Assembly: GCA_028023455.1 (NCBI GenBank)
Contig: JAQFVV010000010.1
Span: forward strand, 5,394,001-5,458,000
DNA length: 64,000 bases
From: Epiperipatus broadwayi
Lineage: Eukaryota > Animalia > Onychophora
Direction of reading: 5' to 3'
Made by a program: the position numbers and the translations under genes. The notes beneath the pieces were generated by a model. That model made no database searches. It was given only the letters and a program-made list of their open reading frames with translations, and was not told the DNA's origin. This document shows, one piece after another, positions 25,135-38,310 of this stretch (positions are counted from its first letter, which is position 1; every line of letters starts with the position of its first letter).

Positions 25135-27325
25135 ATATATATATTATAACGGTCCGAAAAGAAAATTGAAGCTTACAGTCATACCGTATCTGCACTACAA
25201 GGGCGCCAGCTAGGCATTTGAACCTAGAAAATTTATAAAGTAGTCAGATACGTTCTGTTAAGATCCCACTTTATTTTATATTTAGAACCGTTAGCCCAAG
25301 TCACTAGCTCAGTGGAGATGCAGAGATAATAATATATACCTTTGTTTAATTTCATATCTTAAATATAAAAAAATAAAAGCCACTGCCAGAATTAACACAC
25401 AAACAACATTTATTAATGCACATATATAATCATTTTAAATTTGAGGAATAACATTTATTTATTTTTTAATATTAACTTTTAATTTAAATTATTATTTTAA
25501 AATTTTAAATCATCCACACAGATGAATTTTATATTATTTTAAGATTGTCGAGTATGAATAAACTACATAGATTGTATTTGAAAAGAAAATATTCTATCCC
25601 TTATTTAACCTTAGGTCAAAAGTTTGCAGTCAAACCGGCGTCAATCCATCTGATACATTGACGTATTCAATGTAGCATGAAAATACGACAGCACTAAATA
25701 CTATACTATCAGGAATGTACATCTGAACAGTATAGTTAGAGAAGACATTGACTCTTGTCCAATACAGGAATGTTACATCTGTATGGCAAGAAGAACAATA
25801 AAAATAAAAACTCCATAGGAAGGGATTGCATTTTTCCATCTTAATATTCCCTTCCAAAGGCAAAAAGAGGTGTGCAGCATATAATGGAGATCCTGCATAT
25901 AGTGAACCTCATACTACATCTACTAATTACACCAATATATTCAATCCATTGACCTAATTTAACTACGAAATAAATAACCTAAGATTTCCCTCCCCTAATT
26001 AATTAATATAACTTTACAAATCTATATAGCCATTCAAGCCCCACTTAAATTTAACATTTATATAAATTCGCACAGATGGATTTTATAAAAGTTTGTTGTT
26101 TAATGTTGAGTATAGATTGACTACATAAATTACACGCTCAAAAACGCTTCAACATTAACATAAATGATCAAAATATAAAGTCATTGATGTAATTGCAGAG
26201 GGAATTCACTAGAAACCCAATGGCATTCATCATAAAATGCCGCATTGACACCAATAACTAAAAAGACATCCGAATAAATACATTTTAGATATTCAATGTA
26301 AGATAACCAAATGTCTATATATTTTAATCATATATGAAAACAAAAACATAATTAAACATGAACGAATCCATGCAAGCATCTATGCCCAACTTAAATTTAA
26401 TGCATTTAATAATTTCTACAATAAATATTAATAAAAATTTAAAAAAAAATTTTTTTCTTTCAAACTTACGTATCTGCCCCATGTTGAGCGCCAATTATAA
26501 CAATCGGAGAGAATATGAGACAATGTATTTGCCTACTATATAAATTTTCTAGGTTCAAATGCCTTGTGGTGCCCTGTAGTGCAGATATGTTAAGTCTCAT
26601 ATTCTCCCTGATCATTATAATTTTTAAGTTGAGTATTGATGCTTGCATAGATTCGTTATCGATTAATTATGTTTTTGGTTTTCATATTTGATCAAAATAT
26701 ATAGGCATTCGGTAAATAATGATACCTTATGGTGAGTATCTAAAATGTATTTATTCGGATGTCTTTTAAGTTATTGGTGTCAATGCAGCATCTTATGATG
26801 AATGCCATTGGGTTTCTTATAAATTTCCCTCTGCAATTCCATCAATTACTTTATATTTTGATCGTTTATGTTTATTTTGAAATGTTTTTAACTGTGTAAT
26901 CTATGTAACCAATCTATAGTCAACATTATAAAACAAACTTTTATAAATCCATCTGTGCGAACTTATAAAAATTAAAATGTAAATTAAAATCTAAAATCAA
27001 AGTTAAAAATGTAAAACTGATACTAAAATAATTTTAAATCTTATATATGTTTAAATAAATGTTTGTGTGTTATTTCTGGCAGTGGTTTCCTTTATTTTGA
27101 AAATGTTTTTAGATAAGAATTATTTTATTATCTCTGCTGTTCCACTGAGCTGGTGACATTGGGCTAACGGTTGGAATCAAAATATATAAATAAAAAAAAA
27201 TATTTTTTTTTCAAACTTACGCATCTGCCTACTATATAAATTTTCTAGGTTCAAATGCCTAGTGGTGCCCTGTAATGTAGATACATTCAGTATCCTCTTC
27301 ACCCCGATCGTTATAATATATATAT
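25135..27325. mobile_element. Palindromic composite element F (~700-bp unit; tandem and inverted copies) inside a (TA)n tract
   Basis: Termini tattataacg...cgttataata. 25290-25430 inverts 27040-27175 and 26060-26400 inverts 26620-26970. The unit start recurs on the minus strand at ~27320 and ~26620. Confidence 0.75.
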
Positions 27326-29329
27326 GCAAATTTACTGTATATTGTATTTGCTTTTATTTTTTATTATTATTATTTGACCCTATAACTGTGCCATTAAACA
27401 AAATCAATTCTTAAATTATTTAGATACCAAAAATATATAAGAATATGATTGTGTTTTCAACTTCATAGTATATTTGTGCTATTAAATGTCATTTATAAAC
27501 AATTTATAATATAGCAGCTAAAAGTTAAAAAATATTTAAATACACTAGTCATTTATATCTTTCAGATAAATCATTACTTACTACTTTTGTACTAATAATC
27601 ACTAGAGCAATAATAAGTTATAAATAATAATTAATAAGATCAATTATAAAATCAAATTTATTTTGATAGTCAAAAAAGTTTCCTGAAAATACCACAAAAT
27701 CAACTTTCTAGAAAACATTATCAAATATCATTGAGAGCTAATCTCACATTTCAGAAGGTGACATTAATTCTATATTAAGTTGCTTTCATCAATAATTTGT
27801 AGTCAATAACATTTTGAAAGTTACGAATATTCATGTGATCAAATGATATTGCCTTTTATTATACAAAAATTGATTTGAATACTATACTTCAAAACTAATC
27901 AATTGGATTAGTCTCTCATAATATATGCCACTACTAACTTTATTATATTCTTAAATTTTTTCACAAACTATAAGTAAAATTAAAAAAAAACACCTTTTTT
28001 TAGTTTAGAGCTGATACATATATTATCCAAAATCTCGTAAGAATGTACATTTACATGGGAGACAGAGGAAGCATTTTTTTTTTCTCCACATGTTGTCAAT
28101 ATCATTGTACTAACTTCTCTCTGATAAGAAAATCAGAAAATTATTAAAAAAGAACTTCTAATAAGGAATATAATTTAGAGTCAAATTTAAATTCATACCA
28201 TATGTGAACAAAACTTCATTTTAGCTATATTAAATGAAACTTTGTTTACATCTGTTGCAAATTAAAATTTGACCCTGAATTAGATCATTTATCAGAAAGT
28301 TCTTACCTTTAATATCTAAAATCATAAGTAAAATTGATCATTTTATACTAGCAGGCATTTTAACAAAGAGAAGCAGTACAATGGTATCGATAGCACGTGG
28401 AAGTCATTTCCATTATCTTACATTTACTTTGAAAGTGTTGTACTTATTAATAGTCAACAAATTACACCAATTCAGGATTTAAGTATCAGCCAAAATTTAA
28501 AATTGGAAATTTTACAATCATTGGTTTAATTGTCAAAGCAGACTTCTCAAGTGCAAAGTAACAGTAATACAACACATGTATATATTAATCTAATTTCCCA
28601 TAATTCTCATGTTCTAATTATTTTTAATATCAAAAGAACTATTAAATGAGTTAATAGCTTCAAATCATATGTCTTCAATAATAGAGATTCTTTAATTCTT
28701 CTCCCTAAGTCATAAACTATCAATGTAAAATGAGTAATTGATGGATATCGGTTAATAATGTCAAAAATATTTTTAGTTTTTGGTCCTTAGCTGTGCTCAG
28801 TAAAAGCTCAGTTTTACACAATAGTCAGTAGCCATATTTTTATTTCTAAAACAACATTAAAGTTAATATCAAATTTTCAAAGACCTTAAGATATATAAAA
28901 ATTCAAGTCAATGGCTTGGGCAGCAGGCTAATAAATATCTATAGAACAAAATTATTTTTTCTATTCAAGAAGGTCAATACTTAAGAAATTCATCCGGGGA
29001 TTAGTTTAGCATTACTATTTGGTATCTATTACTTAATTACAGCTATCAAATATAAGCTCAAAAAATTGTTATGTTATTTTTTTTATATTGTGAAATTTGT
29101 TCTGCCTAAAGATAAAGTAATGAATAGAAAGAAAATTGAAAAATATAAATATTTATGTCAGTTAGTACAATTAAAGCAAATAAAACAAGAAATGAAAAAA
29201 TTAAAATGATCTAGAATGCATATCAAATAATTCCTTTTATATTTAAAAGAAAATATATATATATATTGTGTTTTAAAAATATTACATTGTGTTGTGAATA
29301 TAGATTTCAAATATAAAAATGACAAAAAA

Positions 29330-29660
29330 AAATTCAAATAGAAAAATATGTGATGGAAATACCAAAATAGAGTAGAAAAAACATGAATAGTTCTAACCCA
29401 ATCTAGAATAATGAACATTTTTGCAAATATTAAAGAACTAATATAGAAATGGGCTAGACACATAACAAAAATAATTGATAAACTATAAGAATTTTCTATG
29501 AGAGGAAAAAAACTATCATATTTGAGTTTGGAGAATGGAATCAAACAGTTTTCTACATAATTATGAAAGATTTATTATAAAAACTTGTACTGAAAAAAAT
29601 TGATGGAAACTTGCTCCTAAAGCAAGTCTCAACTATTGATAATGATGATGGTAATGATGG
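29330..29660 (+). mobile_element. RTE 3' end remnant with (gat)n-type tail
   Basis: Decayed K..KW.WA.HI motif (aaatgggctagacacata) followed by gataatgatgatggtaatgatgg, about 30 nt from the donor of the 29691 exon. Confidence 0.6.
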
Positions 29661-29690
29661 TACATTAATATTCACATCTGCACAATTTAC

Positions 29691-29833
29691 CTCAAGTGTT
29701 TAATAGCTTGGTATGTCTGAGTCAGATGATCCTGCAGCTTATCATGTGATGTCATTGCATGGAAAAAAGCTTCAGATTGTAAAGAAATCTGCTCAGCAAT
29801 TTGTACTTCTACAATATCCAGATAATGACTCAA
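29691..29833 (-). CDS. VPS54: Vps54 coding exon (4th in window)
   Basis: catttcag| and |gtaaat. 143 nt, LSHYLDIVEVQIAEQISLQSEAFFHAMTSHDKLQDHLTQTYQAIKHL(R), containing the conserved Vps54 LSHYLDIVEV..SEAFFHAM motif. Confidence 0.96.
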
Positions 29834-32726
29834 CTGAAATGCATTAAAATATATTAACATGATTATTAATTTAATAAAATATATTAAAAAAGATTAAAAT
29901 ATTAAAAACAAAACACACAATGCAATTATATTTCAAAAAAATTATTATTATTAAGCATAACACACACATAAAAATGGAACTTGGATTTTGAAATAATAAT
30001 ATTAATTAATGAACATTTAATGTAGGCTTTTTAAGTCTGATCTGTGCTCAAGACTTTATATATTATTGTTCACATGGCTTCATTCAAACCATTAGAAATA
30101 AGCTCATATTCATCTCATTCCTAATAAAATAAATCTAATAATATATCACTTTTATATGTGGGGGGAGGGGCTCTCTTAACTTGAAAAAAAAAAAATAATT
30201 TTCATAAAAACTGCTTTGCTGGTGATCTTTTTCCACAAACATATTAATAATACTCTTCTACTTAAATATTATAGTAAATTCAACTCTGGGTTATTTTCAA
30301 AGCTTATGACCACTGTTACAGACCATTTCCCAATATATTCCATTCATAAAAGTTAATAAAGATATCATTTAATTGAATATCTTTTATAATGATGCTCTAA
30401 TCTAATAATAGTCTTTTTTTAAAGCATTAAATACTTTAATTTCTTCAAACATTTATTCCATGAGTGATCAATTTAGTTAAAGCTAAAATTTTTTTTTTCT
30501 ATTAAAACATAAACAAAGCAAATTAAAGTTTGGATCCGGTGGTTCTTCAAAGTTCTCCAATTTATCAATATTTGGATGACTGTAATATGATAATTTTTCC
30601 TCTATTGGCAAAGATTCTTCCCAGAAATTTGGTTTCCTATTTAGAGCCAAAAACTGTTTTTTATTCAGAGCTTCTTAAATTTACATAGCCCAAATTTGAT
30701 CTTTGATATTCTATATAAGTCAAGAATCTTAAGTCTTCATTTATTAAATGCTACCCAAAATAAATGATTTGAGTCATCAATGATTTATCTCTACAATTCT
30801 TTTTTTTCAATTTCTCTTGCATCATTCTGTTATTGATTTGTATCTCTTTATTGTTCTCATCTCTACCCCCATTATTAATAATAAATGGGATCTTGATTTA
30901 CTCTTTTCACTCTTTATACAGAAATCTGACCCAAAAATGCTGTCATTTGGTTCTAAACCAAACTGCAAATATTACTGAACCCTATATCATATACATTTTA
31001 AATATATATATATGACACAATTTAATTTATAAATTAAACAGAATTAAGTCATCAACAAAAATAATTAACACAAAAATAGAATAATTTAGTTATGTAAAAA
31101 ATTGTACAATTAAAAAATAAAATGATTTACTGTTTGAGAATTCATAAGACGTTTGTGAACATGAAGTGATAGAGCTTAATTATGATTCATGAATCTTGAG
31201 AGTGCCACAATCTGCTATTCTATCATTGCCAAACTATACAAGGCAACACAATAATAAATAGAAAGAGAACCATTGCATAAGTGAGTGCATGAGAAGAAAA
31301 AGTAGTTGACTAATAATTCATAATACTGAATTTTAATTTAATATTTTATTCAAGGCATGGATTACTAAAATCATGTATCTATCACTGATAAATCATTGTC
31401 CCAAAGCAATATTTCCCAACACAATTAGTTATTTATTTTAATTCAACATTTTTAATTTAAATTTTTAAAATTTTTTAACCTATTTTTTTTTTGGAGGAAT
31501 AAATGAAGATTTGAAAATATTGCTGTTCAGAAGCTTAATCAAAGATGATTGTGAGTGCCCATTGATAAATTTTAATTCATAGCAAGTATTTCTGTCCATA
31601 CTCATGTAACTTTCATTTATTACTTTTATTTTCTTCCTATAATACCACAATATTTTATTTTATTAAATAAAAAGAGAAGAAAATGACAAATTTAAAGTTA
31701 TATCGAATTTCATCAGGATTCATAAAACATTAGAAAGTATTTACGTTGCACTGCTCACACACACCCTAACAATATATATATAAAATTATATAAAAATTAT
31801 ATTTGATGTGACACTTAAGATTTGCACAAAACAAGTATGCAATTGAAAATATTTTTAAATAGCAAAATTAATTTTTTGACGATTTATAAAATCTTGAATT
31901 AAAATATTTGCAAATGTCTAATCATTATAAATTTTAATATTTTACGTTAATCCCATTTTAAAAAAACAGTATTCAGTATGTAATTATTATGATGTAAAAA
32001 TTACATATATATACATTAAAACAATATTTCTTTGCTAAGGTACATAGACTTGACTAGAATAAGAAGGACTTAAAATACAGTTACTCTTATTAGTATAGAA
32101 TGAAAGCATACTTAAATTTCTAAAAAAATTGTAGGAAAAACATTAAAAAATACATTTAATATACATTTATATGTGTATACATGTGTGTTGCATGAAAAAT
32201 ATTTGGCAGATACTAATTAAAATAAAAATAAAAAGATGCTATGTTCAGATTTGCAATACAAATAATATAATTGTGACTATAACTAAAAATAAGACTCTCA
32301 GATCACATTATGTTAGAATTATATTTAATTATTAATTATTCTAAAACATTTAGTATCAATATCTTAAGTAAACAAATGAATATTTATAATATACATATGG
32401 TAATGCTACCGAGAAATACAAATATATATACTAGCGTTACGTAGTTAATATTTAAAAATGTATGATCAACTTTAGAAAATAATTAGAAGTAGATTTTTAA
32501 AATGCAATTTTGTAGAATAAAAAAAAAGAACTGCGTTATATTTTTTTTTAAAAAAAAGAGATCAGACAGGGAAAAATTTAAAAACTCGCCTTTTTTTTTT
32601 TAAAGAAAACTCTCTTTGTTTTATAAAGTAAAAATAAACATTGGTGGAAAGGTAGAATAAAATTTTATTTGTAAAAAAAAACTTTCGCAAATATAATTAG
32701 TTTTAAAAGATTACTAGCTGATAAAG

Positions 32727-32867
32727 AAAAGTAACTGTGTAAACTATTGATGAGATAGTAGATTAATCTAAAAAAAAATTAGATGAAAGCAAAAAGAAAA
32801 AAGTAACTGTATAAACTATCGATGAGATAGTAGATTAATCTAAAAAAAGATTAGATGAAAGCAAATT
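32727..32867. repeat. 72-bp tandem duplication (2 copies)
   Basis: gtaactgt..aaactat.gatgagatagtagattaatctaaaaaaa.attagatgaaagcaaa starts at 32731 and 32803. Confidence 0.85.
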
Positions 32868-32972
32868 TAAAAATCAATAAAATGAAATGTAAAAACTAAT
32901 TAAAAAAAAAAAGATTCAAGTTGCGATCAAAATTAAAAATAATAAGGAATTAAAGCAATGAGAGAGAAAAGG

Positions 32973-33007
32973 TATATAAAGTCGCAATCAGTTATTATTA
33001 TTTAGTC
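32973..33007 (+). promoter_or_regulatory. Candidate TATA plus initiator pair, antisense to Vps54 (LTR-type promoter?)
   Basis: tatataaa at 32973, with TCAGTT at 32988 and TTAGTC at 33002 (about 30 nt downstream). Motif match only. Confidence 0.3.
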
Positions 33008-33948
33008 CGGTTTGCTATTAGTGTTATTTCTATATAGTTGGGTTGGTATTATTCATTTAATCCAGTGTAGCTATACAGAATGCTGAAGAATGCAGATTCA
33101 GAGTTTTGGAGAACTTTAAATGCCATAACAAACCAGTCATTACTGCTGCAGTCTACATAATAAGGAAGCTGCATAAGCCATAGGAGTATTCGGCAGGGCT
33201 TTGTGCCCCAGTCATCAACTATCCCGCCTAAATTAATGCCTGGAACCAATGCCTAGATCGTGAAGTAGAAGCTGCCACATTCTCTCTCACTCATTATTTG
33301 ATGACAGAAACCTGGAAGAAGAGCCATATGGAGAACCAAAAAGCCAAATGGTTGAAAAGCAAAACCAAATGGAAACCAAAACCATTGGACAATACGCACA
33401 AACTGAAAACCTGGGTAAATATACTTTTAAGTAACTGTGTACACACTTGATTTTAAATGAAATGAACTTTAACGAAGGATAATTATAACTATAGCTTAAA
33501 GTGATCATTTATATTTTTCTTGTGTAAAATATATTATATTAGATATGTGTGTGCTTAAATAAATATTATTTGGTCTATTGTCTCTCTCTTGTCACTGCGA
33601 AACAGTAATTCATGTTATTTTTGTGTTAAGTTAAATTGCTGGACCCTGATTATAAGTATGAGTTAGCCATGGGATATTTCAAGTGCTGGATTGTGTGTCT
33701 GTCGCCCAAAGCATGCTGACTACATAACCTATGGTTAGCTAGTGCCTGAGGTTGATCCTCAAAACAAATAAAATGCATTGGATGGCAGGGTTTGATTCCA
33801 GCAGTCGGATGAGCCACGGTCTGAAAATGTGATTGTGTTATGCTTTGCATAGCTCAACCTGACTGTAGGTATTGTTGATGGTTAAACTATCAATGGTATT
33901 CTTCCCTCTGTTTGAAGAGCCAGTCTGTCCCCATAGTATTAAAGTAAA

Positions 33949-36900
33949 TGTTAAACTTACTAAAGTTTAGATTCCTAAAATTATTATAAAAGGTATTCAA
34001 ACCTAGTTAATATATATTATTCAGAGGGACCCGGTATAATATATATATATATATTTATTTTTAATATTAACATACAACACTTAAGCTTACTAAATAATAA
34101 TAAAGGCCAAAGGTGGCTTCTAAGTTTGTCTAGCTTCCCCTTCAGCAAGGATTAAACTGGATATAAAAGCTGTCCAGGTACTTTTTTTTCCTTTTTCCTG
34201 TGTGTCTAGGTCCTTCTTTTTCTTCCTCCAAATTGCAGGTGCTTAACTATTTTTTGGTTAATCAGTCTTTTTAATAGTGCTGCTCTAATGTTCATTGCAA
34301 TCATTTACTGTTGCTATTTTTGGTCAATACTTCTTAGCAGTACATTTTACTAATTAGTTTTCTGTAATCTAATCACAGTTATCTACTTGTACAGACTAAT
34401 TAAAATACTTTTAGTTTTCATGTAATTAAACATTTTATTTAATTATTATTCTGCACACAGCACTGTCCCCTCCTACTCCTGAGAATAACGTGTTCCTCTG
34501 GAGTCACATAAATAATCTTTTAGATTGGCAGGCAGGCATTAATTTTAGCAGCATCTATTTTCTTCTTGACAGTCAGAAGCATTCATTTGGGGCTGCTGGA
34601 TCATTTGTTCAACTGAAACTTGCATTGTTAAATCAGATTTATTCATATGAATCTCTGCACAGTTTTCATCTGTGACAGTCTCAGTTCTGGATAATATTCC
34701 ATCAGTAATTTTAATATCATCATCACTGTTTGCCTATGTCTAACTTTTCTGGATTTGATTTATATGCCAATGGTAATATGCTCTTGATGTTGTTTGTATT
34801 TCCACTATTTGGTCTGAAGTAACTTTCATTATATTTCCTTCTATCGACATCTTGCCTAGACTGTCGCACATTCATATAGTCTCTCTAGCAGTATAGATAT
34901 CCTTATGATTTGTTTCTAGTTTTTCTTTGTCTATCACAAGAATGGTCAGCTTATTAAGTAATTTCCTGTCCATCAGTATATCTGCAAGTAATTTCCCAGT
35001 AGTCACAGAAGATGTAATATGTTAGTGTAGCACTACCATATTTAAAGCTTCATCTATGTTTACATGGGTTGTCTAATACTAGTTTCAAATTCTGCACCAC
35101 TTTTTCAGCAATCCTGTTAAATTCTGAGTGTATGGAGGAGCGCAAATATGTCATACACACACCCACTCATCTAAAAACAATTTCAAACTTCTGGTGAGCC
35201 AAGGAATAAAAATATTTTACATAAAGTGTGAATGGTTTCTGCTGTACTCATATTCTTTGCTAGTTTAAATTTTGACCACTTGGAGCCAGCATCTACTAAA
35301 ACTAAAAAAAAAAAATAATTACCATTTATTGAGCTTGCATAGTCAATATGCACACAGCTCCATGGTCTAACTGTTTTTTAATATGATATGAACTTCTTTT
35401 GAGATGCGTTTGTTGTAGATTGACACATTTTGCATTTACTAAGATATGTCTCTATGTCTGTACCCATATCTGGCCAATATATGTAACTTCAGGTTAGAGC
35501 TTTTGCTCTAATTACACTCAGGTGCCCCTGATGAAGTATTTCTAGTATTTTAGACTGACAAAAAAGTGGGATTAGTACCTTATCACCCATTAGAATACAG
35601 GCCTGTATCTTTGATAACAGATGCCATATACTCCATAATGATTTATTTAGATAAAGGGGTCATTCACTGGGCCATCCCTTTCTAATCCAGCTCATGAGCA
35701 TCTGGTATTCTGTTGTCTCTTTAGTTTATCTGGCTAACAGTTTTACTATTTACATTTTCAAGTTTCCAATGATCCAAATAATTTATTTCCACTTCATTAT
35801 ATGTTTTTCTGTCAATTCCAGTATACGAAAAACGCATCCATATGCTACCAATGAACCATACACGAACTTAAATGATCTGGAATGACTTTTTTATTGCCCA
35901 ATATTCCCAATAATGGGTGATGGCAGTCATTATCTTAAATGATAGACCATAAATGCATTGGTGGAATTTCAGAACTGCTGTTATTATAGCCAGAATCTTC
36001 TTGTCCAGTTGGGTGTAGTTTTTATTAACTTTTGATAACATAAAAGCTATAGGATGGTCTTCATTCTGAGAAGGATGACTGACTACCACTCCAATTTCAT
36101 AATTGGACGCATCGGTTTGTTAATGTTAGGTCAAGATTGTTATAATGAATCAATCAATAGGTGGTTTGAGGTGAACGATGCCTTGGTTTTTTGAAAAGTG
36201 TTCTCTTGCGGCTCTTTCTAACTCTATCGCTGATTTTTCCGAAGTAGTTCATACAAGGGTGTGGCTACATGTGGTTTATCCTTTTAGAAAATTTACAAAA
36301 AAATTAACTAGCCTCAATAAGTCCTGAGGTTCTTTAATATTCTTGAATGTTTATGCATTAATTAATCTTTTCAGGATTGGATCTGAGGTCTGCGTTTGAA
36401 ATAATATGGGCTACAAAGTTGATTTCTGTAGCACTCCAAATACATTTTTCCAGGTTAAGTTTGCTCTAAATTTTTCTAGCCTTTCACATACTTTATCCAA
36501 TTTATTTTGCAGCACTTTCTCTGACTCTGACATCATGAGTATATCATCAAAATATGGTGTCACTTCATCCTACCCTTTGAATAATGCATAGATCTTCACT
36601 TGGAATACATTCGGGGTAATAGTTACCTCAAACGGCAAATGATTATAATAATACAATCCTTTATGTGTTGTTATAGTTAGAAATGGAGCCATTTCTTTCG
36701 ATACTGGTACCTGATGAAGAACAGCATATCAAATCCAGTTTTGAAGAAATAATTTGCTCATCAAGGCCAGCTAGTATTTCTCTGACATTCGTCAGGGAAT
36801 CTGCACTTAGCTATACATTTGTTTACAGACAACATATAGTCTCCACATATATGGATTTATCTATTCTGTTTTGTTATGATGATTATAGGAGTAACCAATT

Positions 36901-37100
36901 CTGCATCTTCTATATGCGGCAATGCCTTTTTCTTTACCAATTCATCTAATGCCTTCTTTGAACTGTGATCTTCCTCGGCTTGCAGTGAATGGGTTTTATG
37001 CCTTCTTGAACCTCAATTTCAACTGACTTGGTGTTAATTTTTCCTTGCTCCTTGTACAGTTATCATAATTTTAGGAAGATTCTCATTTAGTTTTACAACA
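33949..37100 (-). mobile_element. Ty3/Gypsy element remnant: RT, RNase H, integrase, PPT and putative 3' LTR
   Basis: RT LTITTHKGLY...TPYFDDIL (~36550). RNase H HPIAF...NYTQLDKKILAII (ORF 35868-36089). HHCC finger LHQGHLSVIRAKAL..YWPDM...CKMC (35410-35550). PPT aggagtaggaggggac precedes TG at ~34462. The LTR end at ~33949 is uncertain. Confidence 0.88.
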
Positions 37101-37929
37101 AAAGCTACTACTCTACTGTTTGAATATTGGATTAATTTAATGATAATAGATACCACACTATTGATCGATCATCCTCCCTAATCACCAATAAGGTTGTTAT
37201 ATTATATAGAGACAAATATATTATTATATTTTAAATTTTTTTATTTAATTCAATAAGAGTTCACACTATTTGTGAATTTATTTACTTCTAAAAAAGTATA
37301 AAGTAAAAGTCTTTGTGAAATGATACCATGCATGTCAGATACTTTTCCATTCAATATGTACAATAGCTGATTATACATTAAATTACCAATCCATATCTAG
37401 TCACTAATTTTGTGACATTGAAAGTGAGTTATATATTATCACTACTATAATATATGATTTTTCCAGAATGTATTCTAAACAAAGAGAAAATTATTTTGGA
37501 ATATACTAAACTTTAATTGTTATGACCCAAGAAACTTTTAGATTGAATTAGTAACTTTTAAGTAGTCTCTTTTATTATTAATTGCCATAATAAACAATAA
37601 ATCATTTTATTTCCTGTCTCTTGAATTTGAATTAAACATATTCATTAAGTTCTAGATGAGTTCTTTTAAACTTAGATGAGTTCACTATAGTTCTTTATCA
37701 TGATAGGATTTAATTATAGTAAGATTATAACACATTAGGAAGTAACAGTGACAGATTTTTTTTATTAGAAAACATCTTTTGTAGTCAATTTTAAAAACAA
37801 TGTCTTAAAAAACAATAATTTGCTTAATATTAATAATTTCATTTTCTAATTAAAAAAAAAAAAACTTTTGTAGAATATTATTGTTTACATTAATATATTT
37901 TATAGATCTGTATTTTAGATATTTTTCTG

Positions 37930-38310
37930 ATTGATGTATTTTTGTTTTATTTATATTTTAAATGAATTTCGCCTTGACAAAGATTATATAAAATAATTAA
38001 AACAAAGACGATAATGAGTAAAAGTCACGTTTCTATTTGTTTTTAAAAAAGATATGTTGGAATTTTATAACTGAAATAAGTTTGAACAGAAAAAAAAGAA
38101 AATTTTGTTTTTGATTGATATATTTTTGTTCTACTTTATATTTTAGATGAATTATGCCTTGACAAAGGATATATAAAATAATAAAAACAAAGGCGATATT
38201 ACTGTGTGAAATTTAGAAGGGTAACAATCATATTTTGGGTTTTTTTTTTTAAAAAAAAAAATGTTGGAATTTTATATATTTATAACTGAACTAATTAAAA
38301 AAAAAAAAAA
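37930..38310. repeat. Diverged ~190-bp tandem duplication
   Basis: atgaatt..gccttgacaaag..tatataaaataat.aaaacaaag.cgata and atgttggaattt.ata...aactga each occur twice. Confidence 0.7.

Noticed and set aside
30300-30960. Short open stretch NRKPNFWEESLPIEEKLSYYSHPNIDKLENFEEPPDPNF on the minus strand
   Set aside because: No splice sites or recognisable domain; probably old TE debris.
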